Of a DNA stretch of 64,000 nucleotides, positions 30,491 through 39,610 are shown in pieces. The stretch lies in NCBI GenBank assembly GCA_040220235.1, contig JAVJTO010000102.1, one strand, 5' to 3'. Under the pieces are notes generated by a model that saw nothing but the letters and a program-made list of their open reading frames with translations, did no database searches and had not been told where the DNA came from. This stretch comes from Coleofasciculus sp. B1-GNL1-01 (GTDB lineage Bacteria > Cyanobacteriota > Cyanobacteriia > Cyanobacteriales > Coleofasciculaceae). The position numbers and the translations under genes were made by a program. Positions within the stretch are counted from its first letter, which is position 1. Each line of letters begins with the position of its first letter.

Positions 30491-31264
30491 TTACTTGAGA
30501 GCCACCCAGGAAATAAAGTTATGTAATTTAATCAGAGAATCAATCTGCTTAAAGCCACTATCATACAACATTTGCACCTGCTGGGCTTCTGTTAACGGCA
30601 CTAAAACATTCTCTAGCGCCTCCTTTTTGCGTTCGATTTCAGTACGGGCATAGCCATTATGAGCTTTAAAGGCTTCATAGTGTCGGGTGATTGTCTCTTG
30701 AAATTGGGGATAGGGTGACTTGACCTTTTCACTGATGAAGAGTAAGCCTCCTGGAACCAATCCCTCGTAGATAGTCTGGAGCAAGAGTTGACGCACCTGT
30801 AGCGGCAAAAATTGCAACGTGTAGTTAATCACGACAACACTACTATTCTCAAATGAACAGTTTTCTGCCTTGTCACAGATGAATTCAATCTTATGGATCT
30901 GTTTAATCTGAACTAACTTATGCTCGGCTTTCTCTAGCATAGGTTGAGAATTATCAATCCCAACCAGCGTAGCGTTTTGCTTTAATAAACGTCCCAGTAG
31001 TTCCAAAAATGTCCCCGTAGAACAGCCCACATCAATGATCCGCGTTCCCGGTTGATAATACTCTCTCGCCCAATGAGCGGCACAGGTTAGTACCTCTTGG
31101 TACAAAGGAACGGAACGGGATATCATATTATCGAAAACATTAACCACATCCTGGTTAAAAGCAAATGGTTTGGGCCACACTCCTTTTTCAAAGAGTTCAT
31201 CTTTTTCAGGACTCAGATAAAGTTTTGTGTGATCAAGTTCTGAATCGAGTTTGTCGTAATTCAT
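30491..31264 (-). CDS. cmoA: Carboxy-S-adenosyl-L-methionine synthase
   Basis: F.FNQDV..VFDNMISRSVPLY, DVGCSTG, NYTLQF, SEK, FK..NGY...EI.RKKEALENVL. Confidence 0.92.
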   Translation of the reverse strand: MNYDKLDSELDHTKLYLSPEKDELFEKGVWPKPFAFNQDVVNVFDNMISRSVPLYQEVLTCAAHWAREYYQPGTRIIDVGCSTGTFLELLGRLLKQNATLVGIDNSQPMLEKAEHKLVQIKQIHKIEFICDKAENCSFENSSVVVINYTLQFLPLQVRQLLLQTIYEGLVPGGLLFISEKVKSPYPQFQETITRHYEAFKAHNGYARTEIERKKEALENVLVPLTEAQQVQMLYDSGFKQIDSLIKLHNFISWVALK

Positions 31265-31272
31265 CAGTCAAT

Positions 31273-31510
31273 TGTAGGGGCAAATTTAGGGACTGTAGAG
31301 GCGGATTTAGGGACTGTATGGACGGGTTTAGGAACTGTAGGGGTAGGTTTAGGGACTGTATGGACGAGTTTAGGGACAATTGTAGGGGCGGGTTTAGGGA
31401 ATCAATTCAGCTAGTCACCGATAAATGAACAACAAAACCCGCCCTCCCCACCAATAATGGATAATGGAACAACAAAACCCGCCCTCCTCACCAATAACGG
31501 AACAACAAAA
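31273..31510. repeat. Tandemly amplified REP arms: six ~21-bp left arms, then repeated right arms
   Basis: Units TGTAGGGGCAAATTTAGGGAC, TGTAGAGGCGGATTTAGGGAC, TGTATGGACGGGTTTAGGAAC, TGTAGGGGTAGGTTTAGGGAC, TGTATGGACGAGTTTAGGGAC and TGTAGGGGCGGGTTTAGGGAA, then GAACAACAAAACCCGCCCTCC x2 plus a partial copy. Confidence 0.85.
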
Positions 31511-31668
31511 CTTAATAGACAGTCTAGGACAGTACGAGATAGCATAGCATTCTGTAAATTGTTGTGTAAATTACAGGTGAAGGTTCAGCACGACTCCTTT
31601 CAGGTGGATCGCAATCATAAGCTGTATTTTCTCCCCCCCGTCCGAAAGCACCTATCTCAAAGCCTTAT

Positions 31669-32595
31669 TTAGCAAAAACCTGAAAATAGAACCCCAGAAA
31701 TACGATCATGAATTGATTTCCATTCATTCGCTAAAGCTGTTTCTCCACTGCGGATTTCACGCCCATTTAACTCAGGATGACGAGCATAGAAAACCGCATC
31801 AGCTAATTTATCACGAACACTTACATTGTTCACGCTAGCTTGATCCTGGTCAGAACTTGCAGAGCCACAGTTACTTTCAATCCACCCCACCCAATTCTTT
31901 ACGACCCCGCGCAGGGCATTCCATTCTCGAACATAAAGTTCTTGAGACGGATCAATACTCCTCCCTTCCATGTCTGGATGAACCGCATAAAAGAAGGTAT
32001 CTGTCCAATCATCGACCTCCTCTTTGCGTGACGATGATGACGATGATGTCGAAACTTCTGTTAACTCTGTACCATCCCAGACGTAATAACTGGTTTCCAT
32101 CCAATCAGGTCTTTTTCCCGGAGTATTTTCGGGCGGATTAACCACGAGTAGCCGACTATCCAACTTATGCTTCACACCCGCTTCAGCCACAATACCTGGC
32201 ATATAAACCGAGCCAGTTTCAGCGTCAATAATGGCAACAGATTGACAGCTTGTGCCACATCCCCAAGTCACCACCGTATATTTTCCGGCAAAATTGGGTC
32301 CGGTTTGTGCGCCCTCTCGTAAAACAGTGCGGAATCTTCTAGCATCAGGGTCACTGCTTAAGTCAACGGGTGCAGGATTACCTGAGAAAGATTCGGTTGC
32401 TGGATAATCATTGAAGTCTGGAGGAGATGCTTGCTTGGTGTGGCTTACTTGTGATGCAATTGTTTCCCTATTCGTGTCGAGGGTGTTAGCTTGCTGGGAG
32501 AAAGATTCATGGGCAGACAGTGGGGAAGAGCTAAAACCAAGTGCTAATGTTAGAGTAAGTCCTGAAATTATACGGGTTTTCATGTTATTATTCAT
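31669..32595 (-). CDS. Secreted hypothetical protein, two domains
   Basis: Signal peptide; domain with GPNFAGKYTVVTWGCGTSC; Ser linker; two FY..HP...GR.I...EW repeats. Confidence 0.8.
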   Translation of the reverse strand: MNNNMKTRIISGLTLTLALGFSSSPLSAHESFSQQANTLDTNRETIASQVSHTKQASPPDFNDYPATESFSGNPAPVDLSSDPDARRFRTVLREGAQTGPNFAGKYTVVTWGCGTSCQSVAIIDAETGSVYMPGIVAEAGVKHKLDSRLLVVNPPENTPGKRPDWMETSYYVWDGTELTEVSTSSSSSSRKEEVDDWTDTFFYAVHPDMEGRSIDPSQELYVREWNALRGVVKNWVGWIESNCGSASSDQDQASVNNVSVRDKLADAVFYARHPELNGREIRSGETALANEWKSIHDRISGVLFSGFC

Positions 32596-32810
32596 TGCTT
32601 TTTGCTTTTAGCTTCACCTAAAGGGTAAACAGAGGCTGCCACTCTTTCATCCCTCTAAAGTGTGTCATCTGAAAACTTTAGTAGGCGTGGGTTACGCCAT
32701 AACCCGAAGCCTAGCTATCACGCTTTTGACTGTTCCCCTAGAAAAAAATCACTACATTAACCTCTTCCTTGTTGTTATCCTTCATCCAGGCAGGGAAAAC
32801 GGTGAGTACA

Positions 32811-33425
32811 TTAACTTTTTTGAGGAACCGTGAACTGAACCGAATCGCGTTCGTGTAACTTATTGAACCAATCTCTTAAGTGAATATATTTTAATTGCCA
32901 ATCTTCATCTAGGCGCAAACTGTAGTAGCCTAGGGAACATAAGCCAGCTACATCGGCGGCTGTCCAGGTTTCATCCCCCAACAAGTAGTTAGACTTAGCT
33001 AACTGTTGATCAAAAACTGGCAAAAGGCGATTAATTGACGTTTCTAATCTTGTCCGATAACGAGTGTCGGTGAAATTATTTTTCAAATTTAGTATCCATA
33101 AATTGATGATAGTATCACCTAAATAATCCGCGAGTTCTTCCCATTTACGACACTCAAGCCGTGTCCGAGGCTCACTGGGGTAAAACCTCGGCTGTGGATA
33201 GGTTTCGTCCAGATACTCCGCAATTAATGTAGAATCCCAAATCACCGTGCCATCTTCATCGACAAACACAGGGACTTTACCAATAGGAGAAAGATTGATA
33301 AATTCCGGGGGCTTATCAAGCAGATTGATTTCTCTTAGTTTGCACTCTATATTTTTCTCAGCTAACAGAATTCGGATTTTCCGAGAAAAGTGGGATTGTT
33401 GATGATAATACAATATTCTATTCAT
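32811..33425 (-). CDS. Glutathione S-transferase
   Basis: SHFSRKIR, PIGKVPVF, WDSTLIAEYL, TAADV. Confidence 0.92.
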   Translation of the reverse strand: MNRILYYHQQSHFSRKIRILLAEKNIECKLREINLLDKPPEFINLSPIGKVPVFVDEDGTVIWDSTLIAEYLDETYPQPRFYPSEPRTRLECRKWEELADYLGDTIINLWILNLKNNFTDTRYRTRLETSINRLLPVFDQQLAKSNYLLGDETWTAADVAGLCSLGYYSLRLDEDWQLKYIHLRDWFNKLHERDSVQFTVPQKS

Positions 33426-33616
33426 TAGATATCTCCCGACATTCCGGTTGGTAATCAAACAACCATCTAAACTGCGATTCAGCTAACCAAGTTGGGGTAA
33501 GTTTGTAGATCCAATTTCGCAGCAATGCGTAACTTTTGTTGGTAGGCAATACCCACCCTACGGTATATCATAGGTTTCGGCGACCCCAAAATGCACGCTT
33601 TTCAGCGCCATTCGGC

Positions 33617-33907
33617 TTAATAAGGCATTTCAGTCTCTTCTACATCTGCTGGAGCGTCTGTCAATCCCATGCGATCGAGGGCGATGACAACCCCTACAGA
33701 TACCAATCCTCCTAAAAGTAAACCCATAATCAGAAGCATAATATAGATGCGCTTCAGAGATTTTTTTGTCGCTTTTATATGCTCTGGCGATAGATTAGGG
33801 TCAAGGCTTTCCTGTTCAGTGTCTGGAGATGTCTCATCTGCCCCATCTCGTTGGGGATTGGGAAAGCCGTCATGCTCGAATTCTGGGGGATTTTGATTAT
33901 TCCACAT
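33617..33907 (-). CDS. Small single-TM hypothetical protein
   Basis: Acidic N-region plus one TM helix (IYIMLLIMGLLLGGLVSVGVVIAL). Confidence 0.65.
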   Translation of the reverse strand: MWNNQNPPEFEHDGFPNPQRDGADETSPDTEQESLDPNLSPEHIKATKKSLKRIYIMLLIMGLLLGGLVSVGVVIALDRMGLTDAPADVEETEMPY

Positions 33908-34076
33908 ATCTCTAGTTTGATTATGATTGGCAGGATTCTCATCAGCCTAAAGTTAGACTGATTCTCGGTAACGAGTTTCACGATCCAAAATTTGGAAGCA
34001 ATGACATTGGGTTGCGTTCCTCAACCCAACCTATACAGTTGACATGCACCCGGCTCATATCTAGAGTTATAACAAT

Positions 34077-34207
34077 TAAGTGGGTGGACACAATTAAAGT
34101 TAACGGTTGAGATTAGGAAACAGGGAACAGGGAACAGGGAACAGTAGGGGTTTGAGGCTTGTTTACATGACTTAATCTAGTTAAGTTTATTTCCACCAAC
34201 CTACTTA
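34077..34207. mobile_element. MITE-like element, family B, copy 1
   Basis: Ends TAAGTGGGTGG...CCACCAACCTACTTA with an internal STRR; near-identical to 42903-43026. Confidence 0.75.
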
Positions 34208-34236
34208 ACCTATTCTTATAAATATAAACAGTTTAA

Positions 34237-34947
34237 TTAATATTTCAAGTAAAAGTCTTTAATCAAGCTAATAAATTCAGGAGTATAAACCCGTCTAGTA
34301 GCTTCTATCGTGAGAATGTTTTCCTGAGAGGATAACTGATGTTTCCCAAATTCCAGTACAATCCGTTTAGCTGGACTAGCTAAAGTTGGTTTAACCGAGA
34401 GTTTCCTGTGGCAAAAAAAACCAAAGGCTTCGGCTTTGTCTTGGAAGATTTGGGCTGCCTCAGTGGGGTAAATTACAGCTAGCATGCCATTCTCTCCCAA
34501 AAGCTGTTCCGCCACTTGTAATAGATCCAATTGCTTCAAAGAATCACTATGTCGTGCTACGGTTCTCGCCTTGTGTGACGCTTTACTGGCATTGTCAAAA
34601 AAGGGAGGATTAGACACAATCAGATCATAGCGCTTTGAGCAAGTCGTGGCATAATCTTGCACAGAACTCAGGTACACCTGAATGCGATCGCGCCATGGTG
34701 ATTTCGCCACATTCTCCCGCGCCTGAATGCCAGCCTCTGCGTCAATTTCCACGGCGTCGATGTGCGCCTGCGATCGCTGTGCCAACATCAGCGCCACCAA
34801 ACCCGTCCCTGTGCCGATATCCAGAATGCTTTTTACGCCCGTTATATCCGTCCATGCCCCTAACAGTGTACCATCTGTGCCGACCTTCATTGCACAGCGA
34901 TCGTGAAAGACGGTGAATTGCTTGAAGCGAAAGTATGGATTAGACAT
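34237..34947 (-). CDS. trmN6: tRNA1(Val) A37 N6-methyltransferase (YfiC/TrmN6 family)
   Basis: F.FKQF.V.HDRCAMKVGTDG.LLGAW, ILDIGTGTGLVALMLAQR, DLIVSNPPFF, ARH, C-terminal DFYL. Confidence 0.9.
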   Translation of the reverse strand: MSNPYFRFKQFTVFHDRCAMKVGTDGTLLGAWTDITGVKSILDIGTGTGLVALMLAQRSQAHIDAVEIDAEAGIQARENVAKSPWRDRIQVYLSSVQDYATTCSKRYDLIVSNPPFFDNASKASHKARTVARHSDSLKQLDLLQVAEQLLGENGMLAVIYPTEAAQIFQDKAEAFGFFCHRKLSVKPTLASPAKRIVLEFGKHQLSSQENILTIEATRRVYTPEFISLIKDFYLKY

Positions 34948-35040
34948 TCTCTGTGGTTGATCATGAACAGCTTCCCCCTAACCTACTAATTTAGTAGAAA
35001 TTAGTATATTTTTAGTAGATAGAGTACAAACGGCGTTCAG

Positions 35041-36375
35041 ATGAAAATGCCTCGGTTGCCCAAGCCTTTGCCGCAGTTGTTGGCTGAAGTCTCAGCCTCT
35101 GGTCGTTTGGCGGATATCTTAGTCCTATATGATACCTCGCCAAAACGTCTGGACTACCTACACTGGGATGAAATCCGTTATCGGCAACCCCCAGAGGGAT
35201 TATCCACGGAAGAATGGTGGCTGGCAATTAAGTTGCAGCGAAAGGCATCCTATCAAGATATACCCCTTGTCGATACTCATGGGAATTTATTTCGATTCTG
35301 TGTTCCTGATTTTGTCGCTGAGCAGTTGCATCAAATTGACCGAGGGGCAGGAACATTAATTGGGATACAGCATCCCATTACTAATCCGCAAACCCGTGAT
35401 CGCTATCTAGTACGCTCTTTAATAGAGGAGGCAATTACCTCCAGTCAACTAGAAGGTGCAGTAACAACACGAGAAGTTGCCAAAGCCATGTTAAGTAGTG
35501 GTCGTCAACCCCGCAACCGGAGTGAACAGATGATCCTCAACAACTACCGGACAATGCAGCACATTCGGGAACTCAAAGAGACACCACTTACGCCAGAAAT
35601 TGTGCTGGATATTCACAGGATTATTAGCCAAGATGCTCTCGATAATCCAGATGCTACAGGACGATTACGTAGGCAAGACGAACCGATAGAAATTTCCGAT
35701 GACGAGGGTAATATTTTTTATATTCCTCCTCCATCCGCTCAACTGCCTGAGCGTCTCGCCGCAATGTGTTGCTTTGCCAATAGTGAAACTCCTGATACCT
35801 TTATCCATCCTATTATTCGGGCAATTTTATTGCATTTTTGGCTTGCTTATGAGCATCCTTTCATTGATGGAAATGGCAGAACAGCAAGAGCATTATTTTA
35901 TTGGAAAATCTTGAGAAGCGACTATTGGTTATTTGAGTTCATCTCGATTTCACAGATTATTCTCAAAGCACCAATACAGTATTATCGTTCTTTTCTATAC
36001 ACGGAAACAGACAATAATGATTTAACCTACTTTTTGATTCATCAAACAAAGGTTATTCGTCGAGCATTACAGGAGTTACATAACTACATTACTCAGAAAA
36101 GTCGAGAAGTTGAGGAAACAACAGCGTTATTGAATCAATTCAATAGGCTGAATCACCGCCAACAGGCATTATTAGCTCACGCTTTGAAGCACCCAGGATA
36201 CAAATATACAGTATCTGAGCATCAAGGTAGACATGCAGTTGTTTATCAAACCGCAAGAGTAGATTTGCTCACATTAGCTGAAACGGGCTTACTGGAACAG
36301 AGAAAGCAGGGAAAAGCCTATATTTTTATGGCACCTGTGGATTTAGCTAAACGATTGAGAAATTTGGACAATTAA
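35041..36375 (+). CDS. Fic-domain protein (AMPylase) with C-terminal HTH-like region
   Basis: Canonical HPFIDGNGRTAR; upstream SSQLEG inhibitory-helix motif (class II). Confidence 0.92.
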   Translation: MKMPRLPKPLPQLLAEVSASGRLADILVLYDTSPKRLDYLHWDEIRYRQPPEGLSTEEWWLAIKLQRKASYQDIPLVDTHGNLFRFCVPDFVAEQLHQIDRGAGTLIGIQHPITNPQTRDRYLVRSLIEEAITSSQLEGAVTTREVAKAMLSSGRQPRNRSEQMILNNYRTMQHIRELKETPLTPEIVLDIHRIISQDALDNPDATGRLRRQDEPIEISDDEGNIFYIPPPSAQLPERLAAMCCFANSETPDTFIHPIIRAILLHFWLAYEHPFIDGNGRTARALFYWKILRSDYWLFEFISISQIILKAPIQYYRSFLYTETDNNDLTYFLIHQTKVIRRALQELHNYITQKSREVEETTALLNQFNRLNHRQQALLAHALKHPGYKYTVSEHQGRHAVVYQTARVDLLTLAETGLLEQRKQGKAYIFMAPVDLAKRLRNLDN

Positions 36376-36439
36376 TGATAAAAGTGCGTTTTTTAGGACT
36401 GCTATATCGATCAAACCCGTCCCTACATGTCTGAATTAA

Positions 36440-37648
36440 TCAAGACATTTTACCCAGAAGTAATGCTCCCGGAACAGCTTTTTTAATCCAATCAGTCACT
36501 AAAAGTTGTTCTGGTTCAAAGGTATCAACAGGTTCGCCGTTTATGGTGCGAAAAATAACGTCTTGGGGAACAATCTCTTCACCCGTTGGTAAAACCATAC
36601 CTTGAATCTGTGAACTATCAAAGGAACGCCAGGTGTAAAAAACTACATATTTACCACTTTCGCCAGCCAGAACTTCCGCTAAACAGGCATCATTCCGGTA
36701 TTCAGATAGTTTTGATTTCATCCGGGGAAATAATGCTGTGGTGCGGTTCGCTTTGAAAAAAGGAGCGCGTGTTTCCCGGAACCAGTTTCCCCGTAATTTT
36801 GCCGGATTTTCTAACACCTGGCGACAAATTTTATCAAAATCAATAGCAACATTGTCCTCCTGACTCAGATGCCGTAAGTCCAGACGTACTGTATGTAAAC
36901 CCGCATCACGTAACCCATCTAACCGATCCAGAATAAACTGATCTTTGTCTAAGAACATAAATGTGCCATGGGCAGTTTCTAATGTTGGGAAATGGCGATT
37001 AGGATTATCAGCAAAAGCCGCCGTCGCTTCTAAGTAGAGAGGGGAGTTTGGGTTGAATCGGTATAGCGAATCAATGTCTTCTGTTGTTTCTTTATTCTGG
37101 CTTTCCAGCAACGGGTTTACTAAGAGCGATCGCGGCGAGTAAAATAAGAGAATGGGTCCCACACCCAGCAGTTCACAGGGAACCGATAAGGTTTGGCAGT
37201 ATTCAATTAGCTTTTCTTCCGGTAGTTCAATCGATAATACTAACCGTTCCAAGGATTCCGAAAAAATCTCGCACCATCCCTGCAACGCCTCCAGATTGTG
37301 ATTTCCTGTCTCAACAATTAACTGGATAGGTATCTGAGGATAATGGGTTTTAAGCCAATAAGCAGCGCCCGGATCACACACACGAATGGCACCAAAGAGA
37401 TTGAGTTGCCAAGCCTTTAGCTGATCACAAATGGTTTTCATGACTCGTTCTGGCATTAATACATCCCAGACGAGTACCGGGCGCAGTTCGTTTTGCCAAG
37501 TGTGTTTGGCTAAATCATGTACCTTCGCCTTTGATAATTGTCCCTGTCGTGCTAAGACTATTGGTTCTAATAATACTTCATGTAAATGGGGCGCATTAAC
37601 ACAGCGTTCTAAATCTTCAATTGAGGAAACAAAGGTATTAAATTGCAT
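36440..37648 (-). CDS. Peptidase U32-like protein lacking the Fe-S Cys motif (TrhP1/YrrN-like)
   Basis: ETGNHN, RLVLSIEL, ELLGVGPILLFYSPRSLL and HGTFM resemble the U32 family without the C..C..C triad; directly downstream of the second U32 gene. Confidence 0.7.
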   Translation of the reverse strand: MQFNTFVSSIEDLERCVNAPHLHEVLLEPIVLARQGQLSKAKVHDLAKHTWQNELRPVLVWDVLMPERVMKTICDQLKAWQLNLFGAIRVCDPGAAYWLKTHYPQIPIQLIVETGNHNLEALQGWCEIFSESLERLVLSIELPEEKLIEYCQTLSVPCELLGVGPILLFYSPRSLLVNPLLESQNKETTEDIDSLYRFNPNSPLYLEATAAFADNPNRHFPTLETAHGTFMFLDKDQFILDRLDGLRDAGLHTVRLDLRHLSQEDNVAIDFDKICRQVLENPAKLRGNWFRETRAPFFKANRTTALFPRMKSKLSEYRNDACLAEVLAGESGKYVVFYTWRSFDSSQIQGMVLPTGEEIVPQDVIFRTINGEPVDTFEPEQLLVTDWIKKAVPGALLLGKMS

Positions 37649-37702
37649 TTGTCATTTGTCAGGGAACAGGGAACAGGAAACAGGAAACAGGGAATTCATA
37701 AT

Positions 37703-38932
37703 TCAGACTTCACTAGCAACGGTTACAGGGGAACGGGTGAATCGAACGACATTTAATTTGGTGATATTGTGCGATCGCATGGAGTCATCCGGTTTGGGTA
37801 AGCGCACAATACTGTCCTTTCGCATCGACTCTAACCGTTCACCTGTCATCGAAAAAATCTGATTAACATTCCAGCATATCGGTTTTCCTTGAAACGGGAT
37901 AATTTCAATTTTATCACCGACAGCTAACGGTTCAAGTAACCGTAAAATAATCTCTTGGGACGTCGTATCCATAACCATGCCGAAATATTGGTGAGTTCCT
38001 GTATTAATTCCCGATAACTGTCCAAAGACTGAATCCTTATCGGCTGGTGTGTCTAAGGAACCGGAAAAATAGTCTCGGTTAGGAATCGATTGTAGTTCGG
38101 CTGAGGCTTGGCTGAGTAGCTGTTCATCTAATCTCCCAGCAGCATAAGCATCAATTAATTGGCGATAAACCTTGCAGGTGAGGGCGACATAGAATGATGA
38201 TTTCATCCGCCCTTCGATTTTTAATGAGCAAATATTATGGTTGAAGAACTCACCAATCTGATAAATTCCCCACAAATCTCTGGACGACATGAAGCTAACT
38301 AAATCATCCGGTTGCTTATCCTGATGTTGTAAGTGATAGGGTAATCGACAGGATTGAATACATCCGCCCCGATTAGAATCGCGACCTGCGGTAAAATTAG
38401 AAATGGTGCAATGACCCGAATACGCCATACACATTGCACCATGGGTAAACATCTCCACGTCAATACCGGATTCTTCTCCAATTAAACCCGCTTCAGCAAT
38501 ACTGAGTTCTCGACCAACAATTAAGCGTTTTACTCCCATTTCTTTCCACAAACGGGCGCTATAGGAATTGAGACAAGAGGCTTGAGTGGAAAGGTGAATC
38601 GGTAGAGTTGAACTCCTTTTAATAACTCGGATAACTCCTAAATCAGAGACAATCACCCCATCAACGCCAATAGATTCCAGAAACTGGCAATAGTCAGGGA
38701 GTCCCTGAAAGTCTGCATCGTGGAGAAAAGCATTCAGCGTGACATAAATTTTGGCATCATGGTGATGGGCATATTCGACTCCGTGGGCTAACTCAGAATC
38801 CGTAAAATTATCCGCACGCGCCCGCAATCCATAATTTTGTCCCCCTAGATACACCGCATCTGCACCATAAGCAATGGCGACTTTTAACCGTTCCAGATTC
38901 TTCGCTGGGGCGAGGAGTTCAGGTTTGAGCAT
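37703..38932 (-). CDS. trhP: Peptidase U32 family tRNA hydroxylase (TrhP/TrhP2-like)
   Basis: KPELLAPA, GADAVYLGG, HLSTQA, E.FTHGAMCMAYSGHC.ISN..GRDSNRGGCIQSCR, SLKIEGRMKS. Confidence 0.8.
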   Translation of the reverse strand: MLKPELLAPAKNLERLKVAIAYGADAVYLGGQNYGLRARADNFTDSELAHGVEYAHHHDAKIYVTLNAFLHDADFQGLPDYCQFLESIGVDGVIVSDLGVIRVIKRSSTLPIHLSTQASCLNSYSARLWKEMGVKRLIVGRELSIAEAGLIGEESGIDVEMFTHGAMCMAYSGHCTISNFTAGRDSNRGGCIQSCRLPYHLQHQDKQPDDLVSFMSSRDLWGIYQIGEFFNHNICSLKIEGRMKSSFYVALTCKVYRQLIDAYAAGRLDEQLLSQASAELQSIPNRDYFSGSLDTPADKDSVFGQLSGINTGTHQYFGMVMDTTSQEIILRLLEPLAVGDKIEIIPFQGKPICWNVNQIFSMTGERLESMRKDSIVRLPKPDDSMRSHNITKLNVVRFTRSPVTVASEV

Positions 38933-39041
38933 GTCTGGGTTTAAGGATAAACGGGAACAGCCCTAATTTAACATTCGTAGCGCGATCGCATCCAGAAAAC
39001 TGCTGAATCTACACACACAAGACACACAAGGGGATATCGGT

Positions 39042-39110
39042 CAAGAAACCGGGTTTCTTGTGAGGATGACAACGCAATATCAACCTTTCACCCAAAGAAA
39101 CCCGGTTTCT
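39042..39110. repeat. Paired AGAAACC(G/C)GGTTTCT palindromes
   Basis: CAAGAAACCGGGTTTCTTG at 39042-39060 and AGAAACCCGGTTTCT at 39096-39110. Confidence 0.65.
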
Positions 39111-39271
39111 AGGAATGTCAATCGCCTCGCACCTCCGTAGAAACCCGGAGGCTGGAGTTGAATGGCTGCAAATCTCAGTATTTTTCCCGTAGTTTTCACA
39201 GCAACGCCACTGTAATCATAAAGTAACATCTACGACGACTAACCCGCCTGTCTTGGAGAACGCCATCAGCC

Positions 39272-39610
39272 ATGATTGATTTCGGTTTGCAATTTATTGC
39301 CCATCGCACGGGAGACTTTTTACTGCAAAATTCTTTTTTGGCATTACGCAAGAAGAAGGATTGGCAAGTGGCTGTTTTGCATGGATTAGTCTACACGTTG
39401 CCCTTCTGTCTGTTAACCAACAAGTTAGAATCCCTGATTATTATTTGTGGCACTCATATTATTATTGATTTTTTCAATATATCCAGTTTGTGGGTTCGTA
39501 CTTATAATTGGGACTGGAAAACTGAGGTTCCCCAGGTTCCGTTATGGGTAATGGTGGAAGTCGATCAAACTCTACATTACGCGATTAATTATTTTGCCTT
39601 ACTCCTTTGA
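39272..39610 (+). CDS. DUF3307 family membrane protein
   Basis: AH..GDFLLQ, H...Y, H..ID, DQTLH. Confidence 0.8.
   Translation: MIDFGLQFIAHRTGDFLLQNSFLALRKKKDWQVAVLHGLVYTLPFCLLTNKLESLIIICGTHIIIDFFNISSLWVRTYNWDWKTEVPQVPLWVMVEVDQTLHYAINYFALLL

Noticed and set aside
31273..31400. Possible CRISPR array
   Set aside because: The units are contiguous and degenerate with no unique spacers, no cas genes are present, and they match REP arms.
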